Shown piece by piece: positions 49,206 through 61,200 of a stretch of 64,000 nucleotides of DNA. This DNA comes from Chlorokybus atmophyticus (Eukaryota; Plantae; Mesostigma and Chlorokybus algae), in contig RHPI01003369.1 of assembly GCA_009103225.1 (NCBI GenBank), positions 317,500-381,499 of the forward strand. The letters run 5' to 3'. The translations under genes and the position numbers were made by a program. The notes below the pieces were generated by a model, which was given only the letters and a program-made list of their open reading frames with translations, searched no databases and was not told where the DNA came from. Numbering within the stretch: the first letter of the stretch is position 1; each line of letters starts with the position of its first letter.

Positions 49206-52200
49206 TCACGCTGCTGCAGGCTGCAAGAGGCCACTATGACGCAGCAGAGGCTCAGTGGAGGGCTCGCGGCCGCGGAAGTCTTTGAACACGTCCATAGGGG
49301 CCCGACCACCGCCCATGCCAAGGACGGTATCGCGGAACCTGCGACCGGTCTCCTCCACTTTCTTCTCGTCGTCCAGGCCGACGTCCTCGAAAGCCGAGAA
49401 GGCGTCCGCCGACAACACTTCCGCCCACTTGTAGCTGTAGTAACCGGCAGAATACCCGCCTGCGTGCCAATGTGCGTGTGAGTTCTGCTGTGAATTGACT
49501 GAGTTGAGGTCAAGTGTGTGAAGAAGACACTCACCAGCGAATATGTGCGAGAAGCCACAAAGGAAGCGGTCTTCGGGAATGGGAGGCATGACCATAGTCT
49601 TGGCTGCAACAGCCCTCTCAACATCATACACTGATTGGCTGCCGCCAGGGATGTAGTTCGCGTGCAACTCCAGATCAGTCATGGCGAAATGCAATTGCCT
49701 CATCATCATGCTTCCAGCACGGTACGTACGGGCCGCCTGCGAATACACAAGTCCACACATACACCTTGAGCATATGCAGAACACACATATCCTACACATC
49801 ACCCGGTTACCCAGCTGGGTACCCAGCTGGCAACGTACCGAGAGTTTGTTAAACACATCCTCTGGAAGTGTCTCGCCAGTCTCCACATGCTTGGCGAGCG
49901 ACAGCAATGTTGGCTTGTGGTAGCACCAATTCTCCATGAACTGGGATGGGAGTTCCACAGCATCCCACTCCACGCCTCGGATGCCAGCCACCATGCCCTC
50001 CTCCTGCTTGGTGAGCATGTGCTGTAGGGCATGCCCAAACTCGTGGAAGAGCGTCTCAACCTCGCGGAAAGTCATCAGAGAGGGCTTGTCGCCGATGGGA
50101 GGGGAGCCGTTGCAGACCATGTGTGCGACGGGGAGGCGAACAGACTTGCCATCGGGAGCGAGCAACCGGCTGCGCCCTACAACTTCGTCCATCCACGCAC
50201 CACCGCGCTTCTCCTCAGGACGAGAGTAAGGGTCCTATTTTGCCAGTATGAGTGTGAGCGCAGGTTGCAGGTGGTCAACACTTGGTGGGTGTGGGTACCA
50301 ACATGCGTAGTGTTGTCTGTAGGTTAGCGTACCAGGTAGAAGTTGGCAACAGGTGTGCCGCTGTTGTCTGCGACGCGGAAAAAGCGCGTGTCCGGGTGCC
50401 AGATGGGTGCTTCGCCATCAGCAGGCTCAATCTTGACGCCAAAGAGTCTGGAGGCCAGACCGAACAGGCCGTCGAGGACGCGCGGGAGAGAGAAGTATGG
50501 CCGCAGGGCTTCCTCGTTGATGTCAAACTTGGCCTCACGCATGCGCTCGGCCCAATATGTGACATCCCATTGGCGAAGATCTTCAGTGAAACCGCGCTCC
50601 TTCGCAAAGGCCTTCAGCTCGTCAAGCTCTGCACGTATGCAGCACGAACGTCAAATCACACAATGAACACGTAAGGCTACTTTTGCGCAAGTGCACAGTC
50701 AAAAAGTCCCCAATTCACGGACCTTGAACAGCTGCATCCCAAGAAGCAGAGCGCAGCTCTTCAAGCAGCTGTACAGCCTTGTCATAAGTGGCCATCTTGC
50801 TTGCTAGACTCACCTATTCACATTGCTTCCAGTCAGCACAAACAACAAATAACCTTTTAAGACTGCACACTGCAAAGAATACCTCAGCATGATTTGGGTA
50901 ACCAAGCAGCTGTGCACGCTCGCGTTTCAATGCCAGCGTCTTTTCAATAAGTGGTGTATTGTCCAGCTCGCCAGATGAAGCCCGAGTTAAGAATGCTCGG
51001 TACAACTCTTCACGCAGAGCTCGGTCCTGCATACCAGCATATCAGCACATGTCTGCGGCTCAACCTGACCTGCATAGGTACACACTATACTGATAACCTG
51101 TAGAAGCTAACCTCTGCATGCTGCATGACAGGCATGTAGCTGGGGTAGTCCAGGGTGATGACCCAAGGACCCTCCTCAGGAGTGGCGTTCTCGTGTCCAT
51201 TGGCCTTTGCGGTCTGCGCTGCCAGTCCCAGAGCTGACGGCGGCAGCCCCTTCACCTCCTCCTTCTTGGTCAGAGTCTTTTTGAAAGCCTTGGTGGCGTC
51301 CAGCAGATGGTTGGAAAACTCGGTCGACAGCTGTATAAGACAATCAGGTCAGCTGTGCAGCACTGAAGTGACAATCACCAGGTGCGACACTTGGGCCATT
51401 TACACGTAAATTAGTAGTGCAGGTGCAGGTAACTATTCCACATCAGACTCAACCTGAAGAGACTTGTAGCACGCTTGCGCAAAGGCAGCCAGACTGGACA
51501 CAGACTCAAAACATGCTGCTCGCACGCAAAAGACACTATGTGTGCACTGTGTGACAATGCACTCTGCACTTCTCTCCTATGCATACGGATACTGGTTGCA
51601 GCAGTGTGCCCTGCATAGACAATGTCATATACCTGCGCGAGGTCTTGCTGGATCTCATTAAAGCGCTCCTTGGATGCTCCTTCCAGCGCCACACCACCCA
51701 GCTCAGCCTCCCTCAACTCCGCTGCAACACAGGATTGCGTTCAGCAATGTAACCAAACCCAACCACTCGATAACAACATGTCAATTGAAGAAAGCAACCA
51801 AAGCAATCTTCCGTACTTACAGTCTACTGCACGGCGTTGAGCCTCACTGAGCTCAGCATGTCCATCCCTCAGCGCCTTCCAGGCCTCATAGATTGGTCGG
51901 CTCTGCGCCATCTTGAGGGACAGCTTCACGCGCTCAGGCTGAACCGTCTCAACAGCTTTGCGGAGAGCCTCACTGTCGCGCACGGCCTTGAGGTGAGTCA
52001 CGGCGCCCCACGCCACAGCCAGACGATCCGACATGCGCTCCAGCGGCTCGGCCAGACCCGACCATGTGGGCTCTGGATTGGCCTCCAGCGACTCAAACTC
52101 TGCAGTCTGTTACAACAGGCAGAGGAGTAGGTAAGTGCATGCTCCCCGGGAAGGAAACAACATACTGCTCAGCTTGAGACGCACACAGTTGCTGCTCTGC

Positions 52201-52931
52201 ATGCAAAAGGATGTTTGCCTGCTTCGACTAGTTGAGTAAGCTGCATGTGCGATTGTCACTAGAGCATTGTGTCTCAACTTGCAACAAGGACGGCTGCAAC
52301 ACCAGCCAGAGCTGAGCAACTACACAAAGCAGCATTGTGGCTGCGGAGGAATGTGCTTGTGTGGCTGCTAGCATCATATGACACTGCTACAATTCCTGAA
52401 CACTTGTTCTAAATATCGACTATTGCTTGACACTAAGTTGGTTGTGTGAGTTTGCCAATGCTTGCCAGTGAAATTGTAATGTCTCACCAGCTCGTCCATA
52501 ATCTGGCGAATGCCTGGAACGACATGCTCGGCCTTGATCTTGTCAAAAGGCGGGAACACGTAGTGGCCAACGAGAGGGTTCTCCTCGTAGGCGGCGGCGT
52601 CGGCAGGCTTCTCTGCTGCCGCAGGAGTAGCGGTGGCAGCTGTCGCCATCCTCGCTGCTGCTAAGGACGACGACGACGACAAGGACGGCGTGAACCTGGA
52701 CGAGGAGAGTGACGCAGAGGAGGAAAGAGCAGCTGCCCTGCGGCGGAGAAGCGACGGCAGGCGAGGGGCAGCGCACAGGCGTGGCGCAGAGCGAGCGGCT
52801 GTGGCTGCGCCGGCAGAGAACAACGACACGGACGACGACTGCAACAGAGGCGAAGCCGTGCGCAGGGAGCAGGCGCCCATGTGGAAGAACAGCACTGACC
52901 ACAACGCCGCAGACAGCGCTGCCACCCGCAT
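49206..52931 (-). CDS. OOP: Oligopeptidase A / organellar oligopeptidase (M3A zinc peptidase) with a long targeting presequence (spliced)
   Basis: Zinc motif [69 protein letters not shown]. Confidence 0.95.
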
Positions 52932-53059
52932 GCAAGCTGCCGACCGCTGCTCTGCCTGTGCTCGTTGCTTACGTGGCCGTCTACCGTGGCGACGACACTG
53001 TCAGTATCATTGGATAGACCTCCCGCGTTATGAGCATATCTCTTACAGGTAGTGTCGGC

Positions 53060-54180
53060 AGCTTCTCGATTTTAAACATTTTGAAGATTAAAAAGCTGTG
53101 TGAAGTGTAAGATCTGACGCACAATGATGAAATCCAGGGGAACCCACGAATGAACGATACCAGTCACTACTGAACCATTCTTTTTTATGCAATGCACATT
53201 CACTATTTAAGTGTACATCATTTGTTACGCTCAAGATGAATCAAGCGTCACTTATATCATCGCTTTTGATTCTTCAACCTTGATAAAATTATGTGAACAA
53301 TGCGCATGATATAAGTCACCATCGTGTTTTGCTTTGTGCATGAACTTCTACGAGTAGCAAGCTTTGATATTGCTTAATGAAAAGAGGAAGCACTTTATGC
53401 ATGTTAAATTACTTGGTCATTCGCAGTTTGATGTTCAAATATGAAGTACATTGTATCCATGTATGTGAACTTATAACTTATATATATGCTCAATAACTTT
53501 TAAGAGCGCTTCAAGCCCATAGGAGAATGCATCCTTAAAGTTGTAAACATTCATGTTATTGAACATATATATCATATATTATTATTGAATGATAACAATA
53601 AGATAAATCACTCACAGCGTTGCGCGCATACAAGTGCGAGAAGTAAATGCACATGTACATGCGAATGTACAAGCGGAACACGTGAAAATGATATGCACAG
53701 ATGCGAAGACCTGTGGGGCTAGTGCTAGCAGCGTGCTAGAATTGATGTAACACAATGCAGCCCCCCCCCCNNNNNNNNNNNNNNNNNNNNNNNNNNNNNN
53801 NNNNNNNNNNNNNNNNNNNNNNNNNNNNNNNNNNNNNNNNNNNNNNNNNNNNNNNNNNNNNNCCCTTATGATATATGCCCTGCTTTTTGCGCCTGCATTT
53901 ATTTTTGTGCTTGTGTTCGGGATTGCTACATGCATCTGGCATCTTTTGATCAGCCTACACCTGTGGTAGTAGAAGAGCGCGTAGTAAGTGACTAGGTGAG
54001 ATATAAGAGTAGACGTGCTCGGTGGTTGCACATGTGTGATCAAGGTGCATGTGCATGATATGTGGCAGTGCATGGTAATAATGAACATGTTGGATGAGTG
54101 CTAAGCATCTTGAAATGTGAGCAACATCAATAACAACACACATGCACGCATGCGCATGGTGCATGCCCGTGCAATGTCTA
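53060..54180. other. AT-rich intergenic island 3 containing an assembly gap
   Basis: Low GC, no recognisable ORF, N run at 53771-53861. Confidence 0.55.
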
Positions 54181-54181
54181 C

Positions 54182-54182
<1 letters not shown>

Positions 54183-54269
<87 letters not shown>
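54183..54269. repeat. Poly-C homopolymer (about 87 nt) ending in an N
   Basis: Seen directly in the sequence. Confidence 0.9.
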
Positions 54270-54540
54270 NCGCACACTCATGAACCAATATGCCGCACAT
54301 GTCTTGATGTACACCGATTGTATCTGTGATACATGAAGCAATGCGCACAATACTGTCACTGATAAATACTTCAACCTATACAATCGTTACCCTTCATGCT
54401 GCATACAAAGACACTATACTAGTAATAGGGCAACCTTCTACTTCTGCTACACCTGTTGCAGAATAACCATGGACTGCTGTGGAAGGCTTATGTGCCAAAT
54501 AGTCTTGAAGACCACCTTTTATGCTATGAACACAAGGCCA

Positions 54541-57500
54541 CTAACTGGCCAAGGCAAGCAGCAGAGCTGTGCCTCTCTTGACCCACCCATCCGAGTCAGC
54601 GCTTCCAGCCTTAAGATCAACCGAGATCATAAACGACGGCCTCTCACGCGTGCCCGTACGCACGGGATACATATACAGCGGGCACGCGTACACTCCCTTC
54701 CCGGTCTTCTTCTTATTCTCCACAGGCTTAAAGTGTATAATCGGCATGGGTACAATCAGCTCCATGGGTTCGGGTTCACATAAAGCACCCGCATCAGGGT
54801 CCCACCCCGCACCTTCTAGATACACCCCACGCACGTACACGCCTTCTTTGGGAGCTTGGACGATCTCGTGCTCAGCGAGGTTCACGATCGTGAAGTCCCA
54901 ACCCAACGTGTCGATGGGTATGGCGTTGCGACGAGCTGTTGTTTGGAGAACCGCTGTGAGGAAACTTGTTGGGTACGTGAAGCCGGATAGCCAGTAGACC
55001 TTGGGGTAACCACCCTCTATCCACTCCCTCAACACCTGCAAGTAACGAACAGGTCAACATAACTTACTCAAACACCCACTAGTACTTCAACTCATAAAAC
55101 AGCTCTTATATGTACAAAGCATTGAGACTGAATACATGGAAAAATAAACAAACACTGCATTGTTACGGAAGCACGACTGTGTGCATGTGTGGCTAGGTGT
55201 GTACCTGTATGCGTTGGAGTAGGTCTCGTGTCCACGGTCCAAGTGGTTTCAATGAAGGATACGTTTTCAGCCACGATGCGGGTACTTTGGCATCAAAGAG
55301 AGCATTAAGTACAAGATCAAGTTCAGCACTCATGACAACGAGTCCCTTTATCCCCTTCTGCAGGTTGACACACGAGGACCGCACGTTGCTTAGGAGTCGG
55401 TTATACCTATCAAGCTCCTGGAATAACACCACATGTAGTGCACTTGGGTCATCCTTCTTTGAGTTGACGATGGCTTCGATATCGAAGGGTTCGGGTACTT
55501 GAGCTAGCAGGTCTGTGGCAACAGCCATGACGATATCTTCTCTTTTACCTCCACTGCCTCCACCAGAAGTAACCGTACGTGGCTGCAACCCAACTATAGT
55601 CTCAAGCACGATGCGTGCGTCGCTGATCTGGAAGCTAATGTCCCCGTTGGCGTGTTGTCCAAAAGCCTCAGCTCGATCCATCGCGGGGAGGGTCTGGATA
55701 TAATCTCTGTAGCTCTGCAGTGGCCCGTCGTCGGGGATGTAATAAGTTGATAGTGTGGAGAGTGGGTAGTTTGGTATTGTTAAAGCCTCCTCGCAGTAGA
55801 ACTGGTTGAGGTAGCTTGCCAGGACACGTCTGTCCAACTCGTCCGTCACACGACCACCGTAGTTGGCCTCCGCAACTAAATACTTAAGTGCATCCCAGGG
55901 TGTCTCCGCATACTCATCTAAATAAGTCTTCAACAAGTCATCCGAGACTTGGAAATCCGTATCATTGAAGTCATACGGAATATTCAACCCCAAAGTCCGG
56001 AACTTCCGCCGCTCCAACAACACGCTGTGGAAGTAAGTCAAAGCAAAGAACAGCTTCTGATACTTATGCCTACTTTTACACTGAGCAAAGGACTCTTCTG
56101 TCACAGAGCCATACAACCTCAACAAGTTGGCTCTCAGGCCCTTGGGTGGTTCTGTGGTCATTTTGATCCCACGTTGAAGCACGGCGATGGGAAAAGCCGG
56201 GCTCGGGCTGCTTGATAACCACAAACGGAAGTCGGCGTGAGGCTTGCGGGCCTCGAGAGACTCGACGAGCTTGTCTAGAGTGGGAAGCCAGCTGGTCATC
56301 AAGTGACAGTTGGCGAGGAAGACCCACTTGCCCTCGCGAGCGCCCTCCTCGATCAACTTGGTAGCGACGGCTGCCTGACCCTGAAGATAGAATGAGCACA
56401 AGTGAGTGCTTAAAAATGATGAGACAAGTTTCCGATTGGGTGTACTGGCGTGTATGCAATGTCTTGAAGTTTGGAGTGAGGGCGCACACACGCACGCGCG
56501 CACACACATACACACACACACAACACAAGTAACTAGTTGCGATAGCGATATCAGTGAGGGTGAAGCATGATCGGCTACCTGACCGAGGGCGACTGAGTGG
56601 AAGCGTCCATCAGCAAGTAGTCCCCGTTGTGCAGCGAGTTGTGCTAGTGCCGACGTGGGATCCACTCCAGGCGATAGCACAAATATCAGTGGCGTAGTGG
56701 GTAGCGAATCCGCTAAAGTCTCCCCGAGATCAAGCACAGGTGGCTCCACAAATCTCCTTCCAAGGTTGCCCGCCACGTATGCCGCAGCCGCAACCAACAC
56801 TCTATCAGGCCTCAGACACCTCACCAGCATCATGCGTTGGAGTTCTGAACACTTGGACTCCCACTCTCCCGGCAACTCTGCTGTCTCGGCCTCACCCTGT
56901 CGATACCACGCCTCCCACGCTGTTGTCCCGCCTTGTGAGAATGATGCAGCCAACCCCGAGAAGGCGGGTAGAACTCTATCAAGCTCGGTGATGTTGTCCC
57001 ACGCCTCCTCGGAGATCCAGTTGGTGGCTGGGTTGGGTGGTTGTTGGGACTTGTCCAGCACAGTCCCTCCACGTAGGAAGAATTGCCACTCCTCGGCGTT
57101 GATTTGTCCCGCGCTTTGGAGTATGCGAACACACATTTGCAAAGAGAGGAGCAGCTTATGGGCTTCGAAGAGTCCACGTGCGGCGTACCGATACACCGCA
57201 TACGTGTGGTACTCGTTGAGTGCTTTGATGCGCTCAACAACAGTATCATTCTTTGTACTCTTGGCTATGGAGATGAGGAACAAGTCATTGTACGCGTCGA
57301 GTGAGAATTGATACATCGGGTCCACGGCTGCAAGTTCATTGAGTACAAAATACAGCGCAGATGCACGTACGGCGCACGGCTTATACGCCGCTGAAGCCGT
57401 CTCAATCTTCTTTGCAGTCTCTTCAGCTACTTTCAGGGATTCATTAATCTCCTCCCAGGTGGTTTTGGACCTGTCCAATGTGTCGATGAGCTCCACGTTG

Positions 57501-58228
57501 TCGAGGAGGGAACCCGTGGCCGTCGACAACATGCGCAATATGTCGTCTTCCAACTTGGCTTGCGTGCGCTTACCCGCGGCAACTTTTGCAACAAGCTCAT
57601 TCTTCTGTCTATCAAGGTCAGGTCTTTCTCTTTGCACAACTGTGTTGAGTAGTTGTGCCTCAAGCCCTTGCTCCTTGACAGCAAAGTTTACTATCGCCAC
57701 ACGCGTGGACACCTCGGGCGTGTAGTGTGGGTTTGACAACTTCGTTGTAACATACAACTTGAAGGATGGGTGATAGTCCACCTCTTTATCACCAAGCTTG
57801 ATCATGAGTTGGTTGCCTCTCTTAATGAAAGCCTTGGCTAAAACATTCTCAAGTGCTGGATCGATTTCTTCAGCCACGTCTTGTAATAACACGGGTCGAC
57901 CCGCCGTGATGGCGTTCTCAATAACTCTCATAAGGTCAGATGCCTGCAAGTTGACTACCTTAAGAGTGTTGTTGCTCTCCATGTTGCGGACCCACCGCAC
58001 GGCCTGGCCCTGAGGATCGACCATCAGAGGCCAACGGCGACCACGAGTCACCATCACGCCGTTCTCGGTGGAGAAAGCGTCCGCAGGCAAACCCTGCACA
58101 TGACAAAGACAGTGGAGGACAAGGTCACAATGGTTGGCCATTGCACTTAACGAGGCGAACCAAGTGTGTGTGTGTGTGTGAGTGTGTGCGCGCGCGAGCG
58201 CGTGTATCACACACACACACACACACAC

Positions 58229-58282
<54 letters not shown>

Positions 58283-61200
58283 GACACACGCACCTGTATA
58301 TTCCAGTCGCGGACATCTGATGGGTCCGCCAAGAATGTTGCAAAGTCAAACTCAGGCGTATGTGGCACCGCTAGCTCCTTAACTTGTGGCAGCCACGTTT
58401 GTTTGACCAACCTTTCTCGATACGCACTCGGGAACGGTCCCGCATAGGACAAAAACGCCGCAGCAATGAGACAATCACCCGGCAAAAACCCCATCTTCTC
58501 TTCCAGTGATGCAATAGACGCCTCCCACCTGGTCTTCTCTCCAGCAAGTCCAAGCACAAGCTTCTCTGCTCTCCCCAACTTGACCTCAAGATCATCCAAC
58601 TCTCTCTGTAGAGCCTCCTTGGCGGCGGCACTGGCCTCGTACCTGTCCTTCAGGGCCTGGACCTTGGCCAGAACCTCCGCGAGGGCGTCTCTGGCAGCCT
58701 GGAGGGCCGCTTGCTTCTTTGATAGTGTATCAGTGGCTGCCTTGAGTTTGGCACGCTTAGGGGCGACCTCCTTTGACACGTGGCCGTACACCTCCATGGC
58801 GCCCACCCACATGCACAACCCTTTAGCGGCGTTGGACACTTTACCCACCGCATCCGGCGTGAAGTCGGCATTGGCAGTAAATTTGCCAATTTTCTTAAGC
58901 AAAGCATCATCAAGCTTATCTTTATCAAATCGAAGCAGCTTCTCTAAGAAACTCGCATCACCGAGGGCCTTCTTGGTCTCGTCCCACGTGGGCGGCCGCC
59001 TCAGTACAGTCATGACAGCTGATAGAGTCATCTCTACTAAGGCAGGTGGCTTCGCATAAGCCTTGACTTCACTCAAGTCCTTCTTCGTGAGGACGTTGAG
59101 GGCATCCTCGGCAGCTTTAAGTGCAGGGAGGGCTTTATCTAGGTCTTTCTGGCAATCTGTGGCAATAACATTACACTCTGCAGCTTCACGTTCAATCTTT
59201 TGTGCCTCCGCAGACACTTGCTTCTCTTGTTCATCTGCCGCACGCTTCTCTTGCACAATCTCAACCAACAAGTCTTCCGAGTCACGCTTCGCTTTGGCCA
59301 CAGTAACCTTCTTCTCTTGACATACGCCTTGCATCACAGCCACCTGTTCTTTGGTCTCTTCCAACTTTTGCAAACCGCCTCTCAACTTGTCTGCAGCTTC
59401 ACCCAACGCTTGCTTCTTCTCTCTCAATAAAGCTCTGTATCCTTGCACAAACTCCAAGTAGTTGGTTGGCGTGACGTAGTTGTGTCGCCTCAACTGAGCC
59501 AACATGGCTGCAGATGTGGACACGACACTCTGATGCGCCACCTGGAACAGCGTGCATATGTTGTCACGCAGTTGTTGTTGTGGCGGCGGTTGCTGCGGCG
59601 AGGATGCTGTGTTGTTGTTGCTATTGTTGTTGGAAGTAGCGGCAGGGAGAAGGGACTCCTCGTTGTCAATGAGCTTGTGTGCCACCTCATTAAGTGCATC
59701 AGCGGGCCACTCCACAAACCAATCGATAGTTGTACAATTTACGAGCCCGGGAAACATCCTCAAGCGGTTGCGAAAGGTCTCTCCAATGGGCGAGAGACAC
59801 AACACAACATGAAGGTTGGCCCGCACGCGATCGATGAAGAACCCATAGAGTGCATCTGCAGTCTCACCCACTCCAACCTTCTTCGCGGCAGGTCTCACCT
59901 CTTCAAGCACACCTTGCAGCTCGTCTCTCGCAAATAAGTTGGGTACCTCCCCGCTCGTGAGCACGTTGTTAACATCTTCAAGGAAGGTCTCCACCACAAT
60001 CTGCGTGTCATCGAATACAAACGCCGTGGGTTTGTCCCCACACCCCGCTTGCCGATACAACAACTTCAAGTCCTCTCTGAACTCAGCCGTGCGATAGGCT
60101 TTACTAATCTCCACAGAGAAGAGCTTAAGTCCCGCCACGTATGCCGCCAAGCGTGCTAAGGACTTTCTTCCACTCCCGCCCACACCAACAAGTAGCGCAT
60201 TACCCCTTGGTTGACTTAGTATCCTATGCACGCGACACACGTGCTCAACAGCATCTCTAAACAACACCAAGTCCATCGCTGATTGGCCCGGCTCCAACCC
60301 AAAGTCCTCAAGTCTCTCTTGGAGCAACTCCTTCAATGTGTTGGCGTCGGTGACGGGCTCGTAAGGCGGGTTGTCCATGCCTTCACGCATGAATGAGACA
60401 AAAGGTGGGATGGAACCGTCCTCGCCGGGGAATAAAGTCTTCCAGGATGAACTGAAGGTGGCGGACAAACGCTCGTCCATTGCATTGCGTAGCCAAGCCT
60501 TGTCGGCGGGATCCCACATACGATCACCAAACACCCTGCATGATCAGTTATAAACTGTTATGCATGCTTTGTCATCATCAGTTGAGGCTAGTTGTAGCGG
60601 CATGTGACATCTGTGTATACATGTGCAAACTCCATATAAAACACAGACTTGTACCTGAAGCATTCATGGCACCATAGTTGCAGCATCGCTTCCCTCGAGT
60701 CATAGAACGCCCTCGTGGCTTGCATCACCCCCTGCGTCACCTTCGCCAGATCCCTCATATTAAACAAGTAGTGACTCTTCGCCGGGGTGGGCAATAACTC
60801 CGCGACCACATTATTAAACAACTCAATGGATGCTTGCGTGAGCGGCTCCGCGAGGGGTTTAATCTCATCATCAAAATCAGATAACTTTGCTCCAACCATT
60901 GTGCCGAAGATGCGACGCACGGAGGTGTCGGAGGGTAATGTCATGTTGATGGAGAAGAAACAAGCGAGGATGCGGGCGGAGAAGGCGCTGCGGCCGCCGC
61001 CGGGAGGAGCTAAGGCGGCGAGGAGCTGCATCTCCTTGATGGACTTGACCTCCTGACGCTCACGGTCGTACCTGAGGTGGGGAGAGAGTGATTGAGTGTC
61101 TATGTGTGCCTGCTGTTTGTTTGTAACAATGGCATATATGCGTGGTCGAGTACTTCGAGTTTAGCTATAACACTTGTTGACAGTGAGGCACACCACCTCG

